A stretch of 64,000 nucleotides of DNA from Candidatus Latescibacterota bacterium. Its GTDB lineage: Bacteria > Latescibacterota > UBA2968 > UBA8231. How positions within the stretch are numbered: the stretch's first letter is position 1; each line of letters opens with the position of its first letter. Below the pieces are notes generated by a model. It searched no databases, was not told where the DNA came from, and was given only the letters and a program-made list of their open reading frames with translations. A program made the position numbers and the translations under genes. This document shows positions 1 through 7,678 of this stretch, in pieces. The stretch is from positions 1,120,001-1,184,000 of the forward strand of contig OZ244561.1 of NCBI GenBank assembly GCA_965217585.1, given 5' to 3'.

Positions 1-471
1 GCCGGATGCGCGACCCTCTTGAAAGGAAATTCTGCCCCGGTAAGCGTAAACTCAGTTCCGGGAGGAGCTAAGGTCGAGTTTCGATTAACGAGTGGCCGCG
101 TGCTTGATGGCAATGTAGCTACTCTGCCTGTCGTACAGGCAGGCTTAACCCCGATGAGTGTCAAACTGGCCAAAGGCAAGGAATACGCCGTTACCATCAG
201 CCTTGAAGGCTATCAGACCGTTACGCGCCTAGTTGCAAAGGGTAGCGTGGAAACGGTGGCATTCTGCAATGGGCTCAATATGGGAGGTTGGGCCATCGAC
301 TACGTAACCGGTTCGCTGTTCAAACTCGAACCGAATACGATCAACGTATCGCTGCAGAAAGTCACCGCCACGAGTGGAGACGATGAGGTTATCTATGCCT
401 TCTTGACGATTGTCGACGAGGACGGCAAGCAATCGCATACCGCTGTTGAGATGACGCCCCTAGCTAACTAA
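1..471 (+). CDS. PEGA-like domain lipoprotein, 5'-truncated by the window edge
   Basis: The frame is open from base 1 (A-G-C-A-T-L-L-K-G...), and 'AGC' is a lipobox-like end of a signal peptide. 'VNSVPGGAKV...LTPMSVKL...SLEGY' is PEGA-like. Confidence 0.65.
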   Translation, partial: AGCATLLKGNSAPVSVNSVPGGAKVEFRLTSGRVLDGNVATLPVVQAGLTPMSVKLAKGKEYAVTISLEGYQTVTRLVAKGSVETVAFCNGLNMGGWAIDYVTGSLFKLEPNTINVSLQKVTATSGDDEVIYAFLTIVDEDGKQSHTAVEMTPLAN

Positions 472-483
472 AACCCCTTACAA

Positions 484-515
484 GCAAGCAAAGACGCCAA
501 TGCGTCTTTGCTTGC
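484..515 (+). terminator. Perfect 14-bp hairpin after the first gene (terminator or RNA-stability stem)
   Basis: GCAAGCAAAGACGC-caat-GCGTCTTTGCTTGC lies 13 nt after the stop at 471. There is no clear U-tract. Confidence 0.5.
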
Positions 516-553
516 CTACAGGAAGGTATTCAGAAGACAGAAAGGCACGACCT

Positions 554-1372
554 ATGCTTAGCCGCTCGAAACAAGGAAAGACTACTATCATTCTACGTCT
601 TATCTTGATTATGTGTCTAACTGCTTCTGTGGCGGTCTCGCAAGTTTTCGCCCAGCAAATGGAAGATGTCGTTTACTTGAAGAATGGAGGGGTCGTTCGC
701 GGAACTATCGTTGAGCAGATTCCGGGCGAATCGCTAAAGATACAGACGCGAGATGGAAACGTGCTCGTCTTCACGATGGATGAGATTGACAAATTGTCTA
801 AGGATATACCCAAGGTGCCCAAGGAACCAGTGATGGGGGTTTTTGGTGTCGACATCCCCTCCTCGGCAAGTGCAGATCCTAAAAAAAGTACCGGAATCGG
901 TTTGAGTCTAGGTGTTATAGTTCAATCAGATGAGAATGTCTTCTTTGGCACTAGAACAGACCTCTATCCCGAAATGACAATCTACCATGAGAACTCCAAC
1001 TTGAGGGTTGGAGGTACTGTAGGTTTTATCTGGCGCTATAGGTTTGGATATAAGACTGACACTTACTGGAATGATGATGTTATCGGGTGGGATGTCGAGT
1101 ATGTTGAGGCGACCATAACAATTATTCCAATCATGACACGTTTGGATGTTCTCATATCTCCAATTTTTTTAGGTATTGGTGTGGGATATTACGCTTCATT
1201 AGAAGATGGCCCACCCTCCCAACCAGCGGTGGCATTACGTTTTGGGGCGGATATTATATCAAATTCAAACATTACAATTATACTTGATGTTCGATACGAG
1301 CATACGTTTGATGAGCCACAGTTGGGGGGGATTATAGCGACTGTCGGCGGAAATCTTAAAATTTTGGATTAG
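554..1372 (+). CDS. Exported protein: 'EDVVYLKNG..RGTIVEQ' N-domain plus putative outer-membrane beta-barrel
   Basis: Signal peptide ends in VFA-QQ. The N-domain is also present in 6864-7520, and the C-half has alternating beta-strands. Start is uncertain (554 ATG, 590 ATT or 611 ATG); the ORF-track start at 500 lies inside the hairpin. Confidence 0.65.
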   Translation: MLSRSKQGKTTIILRLILIMCLTASVAVSQVFAQQMEDVVYLKNGGVVRGTIVEQIPGESLKIQTRDGNVLVFTMDEIDKLSKDIPKVPKEPVMGVFGVDIPSSASADPKKSTGIGLSLGVIVQSDENVFFGTRTDLYPEMTIYHENSNLRVGGTVGFIWRYRFGYKTDTYWNDDVIGWDVEYVEATITIIPIMTRLDVLISPIFLGIGVGYYASLEDGPPSQPAVALRFGADIISNSNITIILDVRYEHTFDEPQLGGIIATVGGNLKILD

Positions 1373-1393
1373 GTCTTTAACAGGAGTCTATAT

Positions 1394-2785
1394 ATGAAAA
1401 AACTCGCCGCTCTCCTTTTTTGCCTGATAGTCCCACCAGCACTAGCGGACGACAATACTAGCGCCAATAGTCTGTTGGTAGAAGCTGTCCAGCTCATTCA
1501 GGCCGCTGAAGACGAGACAGCGGCGCAGAAAAAACTCAACCTGCTGAAGCAGGCGCACGGCAATCTCCAGACGATTATGGACGACTATCCCTCTACCGAT
1601 CTGGCCGTCAGGCTGATTACGGGACAGCAGATCGGAGATCTTTCGCTGGCGGGTGTCGTCGAGGCGGTTGAGGCGGCGAAAGAGGTGGTTGAGGAGCCGA
1701 AAGAGGCGGTTGAGGAGCCGAAAAGGGAGATATGTTGGGAGTCCCCGACGTACGCATGTGTCATGTCGTTCGCTCTCGTCACGGCAGATTCGATTAAATA
1801 TGCCAGTTTCCGTGCATTGGCGCTTAACGTGATAGCAGTGGCTCAGGCGGAAGCCGGGCAGGTCGATCAAGCTCAGCAGACTTGGAAGCAAGCCAAAGCT
1901 TCGGCAGAGTCGATAGACAATGCTGTTCGTTCTGCGTCGGTGCTCCGTGCGATAGCATCAGCGCAGGCAGAAGCCGGGCAGATCGATCAAGCTCTTTCCC
2001 GGCAGATCGATCAAGCTTCGGCGAAGTCGATTAGCAGGCTCGAAGATCGTGCTGTGGCACTCAGCGCGATAGCAGTGGCTCAGGCGCAAGCTGGGCAGAT
2101 CGATCAAGCCCAGCAGACTTGGAAACAAGCCAAAGCTTCGGCGAAGTCGATTAGCAGGCTCGAAGATCGTGCTGTGGCACTCAGCGCGATAGCAGTGGCT
2201 CAGGCGCAAGCCGGGCAGATCGATCAAGCCCAGCAGACTTGGAAGCAAGCCAAAACTTCGGTGAGGAGGTCGATTCTTCCGCACCCACTCGGCCCACATA
2301 GCAGAATCGAAGATTATGTGGCGGCACTCAACGCAATAGCAGTGTCGCAGGCGCAAGCCGGGCAGATCGATCAAGCTCAGCAGACTTGGAAGCAAGCCAA
2401 AGTTTGGGCGAAGCCGAGAAGGATCAAAGATCCTGTGGCGGCACTCAGCGCGATAGCAGTAGCGCAGGCGCAAGCCGGGCAGATCGATCAAGCTCTTGGC
2501 ACAGTAAAGTCGATTAGCAGGCTCGAAGATCGTGATGTAACACTCAGCGCGATAGCAGTAGCGCAGGCGGAGGCCGGGCAGATTGATCAAGCTCTTGGCA
2601 CGGCAAGGTCGATTAGTAGGCTTGAAGATCGTGCTGCGGTGTTCCGCGCGATAGCAGTAGCGCAGGCGCAAGCCGGGCAATTCAAGCAGGCTCTTGTCAC
2701 AGCAAGGTCGATTGAATTTGTCGATGATCGTGCAATGGCACTTGGCGCAATTGCCGGTGCTCTGGCCCAAGCAGAAGGTCAGTAA
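1394..2785 (+). CDS. Secreted TPR-like alpha-solenoid repeat protein
   Basis: Signal peptide (PALA-DD) and a CAGGAG RBS. It carries about 8 copies of 'ALSAIAVAQAQAGQIDQA'. Confidence 0.8.
   Translation: MKKLAALLFCLIVPPALADDNTSANSLLVEAVQLIQAAEDETAAQKKLNLLKQAHGNLQTIMDDYPSTDLAVRLITGQQIGDLSLAGVVEAVEAAKEVVEEPKEAVEEPKREICWESPTYACVMSFALVTADSIKYASFRALALNVIAVAQAEAGQVDQAQQTWKQAKASAESIDNAVRSASVLRAIASAQAEAGQIDQALSRQIDQASAKSISRLEDRAVALSAIAVAQAQAGQIDQAQQTWKQAKASAKSISRLEDRAVALSAIAVAQAQAGQIDQAQQTWKQAKTSVRRSILPHPLGPHSRIEDYVAALNAIAVSQAQAGQIDQAQQTWKQAKVWAKPRRIKDPVAALSAIAVAQAQAGQIDQALGTVKSISRLEDRDVTLSAIAVAQAEAGQIDQALGTARSISRLEDRAAVFRAIAVAQAQAGQFKQALVTARSIEFVDDRAMALGAIAGALAQAEGQ
1815..2760 (+). repeat. Intragenic tandem repeats (about 100-140 bp units) encoding TPR-like helices
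   Basis: The block 'gcgatagcagtggctcaggcgcaagccgggcagatcgatcaagc' recurs nearly identically. Confidence 0.85.
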
Positions 2786-2797
2786 CCAAAGGTAGCT

Positions 2798-3313
2798 ATG
2801 CAACGCAAGACATTACTTCTTGCAACTTCTGCTCGAAGATTGAATACTTCGCAGCTTTCTCGCGAGCAGGTGTTCGGCATCGTCATTCTGCTCCTAGTCT
2901 TTCTGCCCCGCACTTGTTTATCTAGTGAACATAGCTCCACGCTCGATGCGCCGTGGGAGCCCGAGGATCTGCCAGTAGCTGAATCGGTTAGCTCGACCGA
3001 ACCTCCCCAAGAACCAGCTTTACTTAAACCCCTCGCTCAATCAGCCATTCAGTTCTACCGACAGCGCATAGCGATTGAATCGACCGACCGCTGTCCATTC
3101 CACATTTCGTGTTCGCGCTTCGCCGAAAAGGCCGTTCAGCGGTTCGGCTTTGTCCGCGGAATCGCCCTGTTCATTGACCGACACTTCTTTCGCGAGCACG
3201 TGGGTGCCCGGCAATACTATTCGCTGCGCGAGACTTTGGTGAATAACCGCATTAAGCTGAAGCTAGACGATTCGTTCTATTTAGCTGACAAGCGAGGCGA
3301 AATTGCAGATTAA
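2798..3313 (+). CDS. YidD-like (haemolytic domain) protein with N-terminal hydrophobic segment
   Basis: 'AIQFYRQRI...RCPFHISCSRFAEKAVQRFG' matches the YidD C-x-F-x-x-S-C-S pattern. Start is uncertain. Confidence 0.7.
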   Translation: MQRKTLLLATSARRLNTSQLSREQVFGIVILLLVFLPRTCLSSEHSSTLDAPWEPEDLPVAESVSSTEPPQEPALLKPLAQSAIQFYRQRIAIESTDRCPFHISCSRFAEKAVQRFGFVRGIALFIDRHFFREHVGARQYYSLRETLVNNRIKLKLDDSFYLADKRGEIAD

Positions 3314-4211
3314 GTTGATCGTCTCGTGCGCGGTGCTGTTGTTCGTGCCTCATGCGTTGCTAGGATACAACACAGCATCCTCCGAAGAGTTGCTTGGTTA
3401 TGCCAATAGTCTCGTAGAACAGCGGGACTATTATCGAGGTATTTCCGTGCTCAAGTACGTCGCCTATTTTGCCGAAGATCAGCAGACGAAGGCCGTGTGT
3501 CTCTTCAAAATCGGCGAGGCATACCAGAAGAGTCGGAAATACAAATCTTCGGTGGAGTATCTAGAGCGATACCTCGATGGCGCGGCGGAGGATACACTCC
3601 GCTATAGGGCCTATATGTATCTCGGCACGAACTATCTGCAACTCAGCCGCTACCATGAAGCGTTAGCGAATTTTTCTCGGGCCGAAGAGATGAAGAATGA
3701 TGGGGCGGGGTTGATGTGGGCGGCTTATGGCACGGTTCAACAGGGAAAATTCGATGCGGCATCTGACGTACTCAGATCAATCATGAGAGATCATACAGGA
3801 GAAGACATTGCGGCCAGTTCACAGGAAATTTTGCAAGAGATCGCAAACTACCAAGCCTCGCGTCGGAGTGCCCGCACTGCGTCAGTACTCTCCGCGTTGT
3901 GTCCAGGCCTCGGTCAACTATATGCCCGCCACTACTACGATGCGGCACAGGCTTTTGTACTGGTCAACAGCTTCGCCTATATGACGTACGCTAGCTTTCG
4001 GCTCGGCGCATTAAACGAACAGAGCCACCTCGTCACCGGCCTCAGCGCCGCGGTGACCGGAATTTTCCACTATGCCAACATACTCGGGGCTGGCCGCACA
4101 GCAGCCTACAGAAACAAGCGCAACCTCGACCGCTCCTTGAAACGGATACGATTTCTGATTCGCAGCAACTCTGGTCTCGCGCCGGGCTTGGGGTTCTCGT
4201 TTTCGCTATGA
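3303..4211 (+). CDS. Exported TPR protein with C-terminal 'LSALCPGLGQLY' membrane segment
   Basis: Signal peptide, TPR-like helices and a PGxGQxY motif. It overlaps the upstream stop. Confidence 0.7.
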   Translation: MQIKLIVSCAVLLFVPHALLGYNTASSEELLGYANSLVEQRDYYRGISVLKYVAYFAEDQQTKAVCLFKIGEAYQKSRKYKSSVEYLERYLDGAAEDTLRYRAYMYLGTNYLQLSRYHEALANFSRAEEMKNDGAGLMWAAYGTVQQGKFDAASDVLRSIMRDHTGEDIAASSQEILQEIANYQASRRSARTASVLSALCPGLGQLYARHYYDAAQAFVLVNSFAYMTYASFRLGALNEQSHLVTGLSAAVTGIFHYANILGAGRTAAYRNKRNLDRSLKRIRFLIRSNSGLAPGLGFSFSL

Positions 4212-4333
4212 ATCCTATCTACAAATATCCGTACTGCATGGATTGATATCGTAGCCAAGACCTACGAGCCGATCTGTTCTTTTTTTACATTTGAGGGCTT
4301 GAGGTGCTGCCCTCACCCACAGGAGGAGATGTA

Positions 4334-4849
4334 ATGCTACGTTTTACTTTGTTCACATGCCTGATAGCTTTTGCAGCGACTTCGCAAGTTTTCGCCCAGC
4401 AATCAGCTGAAATCGGAACGCTGCTTTCCCTAAGTCATTTAAGGGCTTCATCATACTGGGGAGAGACAGAGACAAACACAATCATTGGTGTGCCAAGCGT
4501 GTTAAGCATTTGGTTGATTCCGAGTGAGTACGTGGCGATTGGTTCAGAAATCAGCTTTGCATCAGTCGATACCGACTTTTTTTCTCTCTTGCTAGGAGGA
4601 CAGGCCGCATTCTTTCCGATAAGTAATCAGCATTCTGGTATCTACGCACTTGGGACAGGCTCTCTAGCTACAGTTAGAAATTTCGGATCAACCGACACCG
4701 ACATCATTGCCGGCATCGGTATGGGTTTACGCGCACGTATAGGGTCTGCTCTTGTCCTGCGGACGGAAGGACGGTATGAACGCTGGTTTGAGCAAAAAGT
4801 TAATCAATTCTCGTTATTATTCGGACTTGGCACCAGACTGGGTGGATAA
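4334..4849 (+). CDS. Small outer-membrane beta-barrel protein
   Basis: AGGAGG RBS and a signal peptide ending in VFA-QQ. About 8 amphipathic strands follow, ending 'FSLLFGLGTRLGG'. Confidence 0.7.
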   Translation: MLRFTLFTCLIAFAATSQVFAQQSAEIGTLLSLSHLRASSYWGETETNTIIGVPSVLSIWLIPSEYVAIGSEISFASVDTDFFSLLLGGQAAFFPISNQHSGIYALGTGSLATVRNFGSTDTDIIAGIGMGLRARIGSALVLRTEGRYERWFEQKVNQFSLLFGLGTRLGG

Positions 4850-4878
4850 TCCTTTCATTGGCTTAAGAGGCTGTAACT

Positions 4879-6810
4879 ATGAAGTCTCTAATGGTATACC
4901 TGATGAGCTTGCTGGTTTTCGTCGAAGCGGGTGCGGCACAGCAAGCCGGCCAAGTGCGGCTGTCTGGCGGGCTGCCGGTGGCCGGGGCGCAGGTGATGCT
5001 ATTTGACCTAGCTAATTTGCGGTGGGGTGCGGTGGCGCAGGCGACGACGGATGAGGACGGGCAGTTTACGCTGCCGCCGCCGGCGTTGGGAGGGGCATTC
5101 GCACGGCCGGAAGGCTTTGTGCTGGGACCGAACTATCCCAATCCGTTCAATCCGTCCACGATCATTCCCTACGAATTGGCGGAGGTGGCGCACGTGCGGT
5201 TGGAGGTGTTCAACACTCTGGGGCAGCGGATTGCGAAGTTAGTGGATGGGGAGCAAGGGGCGGGAGCGTACCGAGTTCGCTGGAATGGCGCGGATGCTTC
5301 GGGCCGCGCGGCAGCGGCGGGAGTGTACATCTATCGTCTAATGGTTGGTAGAATGTATCAAGCTGGTCGGATGGTGCTGGTGGATGGGCAGGCGGGTGTC
5401 CTGGGAGGTGGGGCACAGTTGGAGGCGTTGTCAATGGCAAAGGCCCGGAGTTCCGCGTATGGGTTAGTGGTTTCGGGACAAGGGTTGACTACTCATGTGG
5501 ACTCAGATTTTGGCCTTGAGATGGGGATGGGGCCAGTGGAAGTCGAAATCGAAGCCCACGATAGTGTCCGGATGAAGGTGGTGCAGACGCAGGGCGGGAT
5601 TCTAGGTGATGTGGACAACAATGGCCGCGTCGATATAGCCGACGCCCTTTTGGTGGTAGCGTACAGCGTCAATGCCTCAACTGTGATTCCCAACAACGGC
5701 GATATTTCCCTCGGCGACGTGAACGAAGATGGTCGTATCGATTTTGCTGACGCTTGGCTGATTGCAATTTACAGCACCAATCCATCCGATCCAATGCTGC
5801 CACCGGGAATAGGACAACCTACCGATCCAGATGTAGAACCGCCCACTACTCAGTATGAACCAGACTTCAATATCGAACTCGTCTTCCTCAATTCCGTCCT
5901 CACTTCATCTCAGCCGGATTCTGTGAAAAAAATCGTCCGACAAGCGGCTGCACGCTGGGAGTCAGTCATTACAGGAGATCTCCCGGAGGTTGATCACTCA
6001 TCTAATCCGTGTGATATAACAATAGAAACAAAAAAATATACCAACCCCCCTATTCGCGTCGACGATGTCGTGGATGACCTGCGGATATTTGTTCATGTCG
6101 ATAGCATTGATGGGTCAAGAGGAACTTTAGCACAGGCAGGCCCGCTAGAGCTAAGGGATTCCCTCCTGCTGCCAGTTGTCTCAGTGATAATACTCGATGA
6201 AAGGGATATATCTAGTTCGTCTAGTTCGTCATATTTTCTTCAACGAATTATCCTCCACGAGATGGGGCACGCTTTAGGGTTTACCAGCAATGTTTGGAAT
6301 GAGAGAAATTTATTGCAGGGCCTTGGATGGGATGTGTTTTTCAGTTTTTTCTCCATAGATTGGGATGTGCGCTTCATTGGTCGGCGGGCAATTGAGGCGT
6401 TCAACAACGCGGGAGGCCGTAAGTACGCCGAGAATGATAAGGTGCCCGTGGAGAATAATATAACCTTATTGCAAGACTGGGAACCGGATTGGGGTAGGGA
6501 GTATTCTCATTGGCGGGAGTCCGTGTTCAGGAAAGGGAACGAGAGCGAGCTTATGGTCGGGAGGGTGGATACATCTCATAGACTTCCACTAAGCGCGATC
6601 ACGATCCAGTCCTTTGCCGATCTCGGCTACCAAGTTGATGTAAATCAGGCCGATTCGTACACCCTTCTACAGCTAAGTCCGAAGCCCGTTGCGAACCATA
6701 GCTTGGAACTCAACTGTAGCTTGGGCACGAGGAATATTCGCGTGGTTGATGAGAACGGACGCATCGTCCGCACCATCATACCATTAGCATTGAGACCATT
6801 AAGGGAGTGA
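4879..6810 (+). CDS. Secreted multidomain protein: FlgD-Ig/T9SS-CTD-like domain, dockerin and leishmanolysin-like (M8) zinc metallopeptidase
   Basis: FlgD-Ig motif 'NYPNPFNPSTIIPY...YRVRWNG.D..G....GVYIYRL'. Paired dockerin loops 'GDVDNNGRVDIADA' and 'GDVNEDGRIDFADA'. Peptidase motifs HEMGH, 'SHWRE' and 'ELM'. Confidence 0.85.
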   Translation: MKSLMVYLMSLLVFVEAGAAQQAGQVRLSGGLPVAGAQVMLFDLANLRWGAVAQATTDEDGQFTLPPPALGGAFARPEGFVLGPNYPNPFNPSTIIPYELAEVAHVRLEVFNTLGQRIAKLVDGEQGAGAYRVRWNGADASGRAAAAGVYIYRLMVGRMYQAGRMVLVDGQAGVLGGGAQLEALSMAKARSSAYGLVVSGQGLTTHVDSDFGLEMGMGPVEVEIEAHDSVRMKVVQTQGGILGDVDNNGRVDIADALLVVAYSVNASTVIPNNGDISLGDVNEDGRIDFADAWLIAIYSTNPSDPMLPPGIGQPTDPDVEPPTTQYEPDFNIELVFLNSVLTSSQPDSVKKIVRQAAARWESVITGDLPEVDHSSNPCDITIETKKYTNPPIRVDDVVDDLRIFVHVDSIDGSRGTLAQAGPLELRDSLLLPVVSVIILDERDISSSSSSSYFLQRIILHEMGHALGFTSNVWNERNLLQGLGWDVFFSFFSIDWDVRFIGRRAIEAFNNAGGRKYAENDKVPVENNITLLQDWEPDWGREYSHWRESVFRKGNESELMVGRVDTSHRLPLSAITIQSFADLGYQVDVNQADSYTLLQLSPKPVANHSLELNCSLGTRNIRVVDENGRIVRTIIPLALRPLRE

Positions 6811-6863
6811 TTCGTTAGCTCTCCTATCTTATTGCACGACAGTAATAAAGGATGGAGGAACGC

Positions 6864-7520
6864 ATGCTACGCTTTGTCTTGGTTCTGTGCCTGATAGCTT
6901 TGGCAATCTCGTCACTTTTCGCTCAGAAAATGGAAGATGTCATTTACTTGAGGAATGGAGAAATCGTTCGCGGCACCATCATTGAGCAGATTCCAGGCGA
7001 ATCGCTGAAAATACAAACTGCAGACGGCAGCGTATTCGACTATACTATATACGAGATCGCCGAAATCGGCAGGGAACCTATGATGAAGATAGAAGAAGGG
7101 TACATTAAGGCGAAAAAGAAAAATCCTTGGCTGGCTTTCAGCCTGTCGTTACTGATTCCTGGAACCGGACAATTCTATAATGACCAATACAAAAAGGGAC
7201 TACCCCAACTTGGTGTTGCAATAGCAGGTGCAGGGCTTGTGTTCGAGGGTTTGAGGGATAATTATCAAAGACACCCTGACAGTAAATGGGTCGATGAGGA
7301 TGGAGACGATCGGATAATCTTCTTCGGGGCTCCTCTTTGGTTGGGCAGCCTACTGTGGTCAGTGATTGACGCCCCCATCTCTGCCAACCGAGTCAATCAG
7401 CAAGGTCAGCAACCTGATTACGGGCATCTGCTGGAGTTTGATGGCGACCAAGCCACGCTCGGTGTCGATCCTATTATTTGGCGCAATGGATCAGGTGTCA
7501 GACTGATGCTTCATTTTTAG
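6864..7520 (+). CDS. Exported or membrane protein: 'EDVIYLRNG' N-domain plus 'KNPWLAFSLSLLIPGTGQFYN' domain
   Basis: GGAGG RBS. The N-domain is paralogous to that of 554-1372. Confidence 0.7.
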   Translation: MLRFVLVLCLIALAISSLFAQKMEDVIYLRNGEIVRGTIIEQIPGESLKIQTADGSVFDYTIYEIAEIGREPMMKIEEGYIKAKKKNPWLAFSLSLLIPGTGQFYNDQYKKGLPQLGVAIAGAGLVFEGLRDNYQRHPDSKWVDEDGDDRIIFFGAPLWLGSLLWSVIDAPISANRVNQQGQQPDYGHLLEFDGDQATLGVDPIIWRNGSGVRLMLHF

Positions 7521-7678
7521 TCGTCCACGTAAGCGGCAAACCCTTTCTATCCTAGCAATGGGGTTCAAGACAGCCTTGGAGCCTGCGCTCGGTCAGACGA
7601 GCCTCAGGAGGCAACTAAATAATGACTAACGACCTCTTCAAAACCCACTATTCCCAGCCACCCCGAAAGGAGCAGGCA

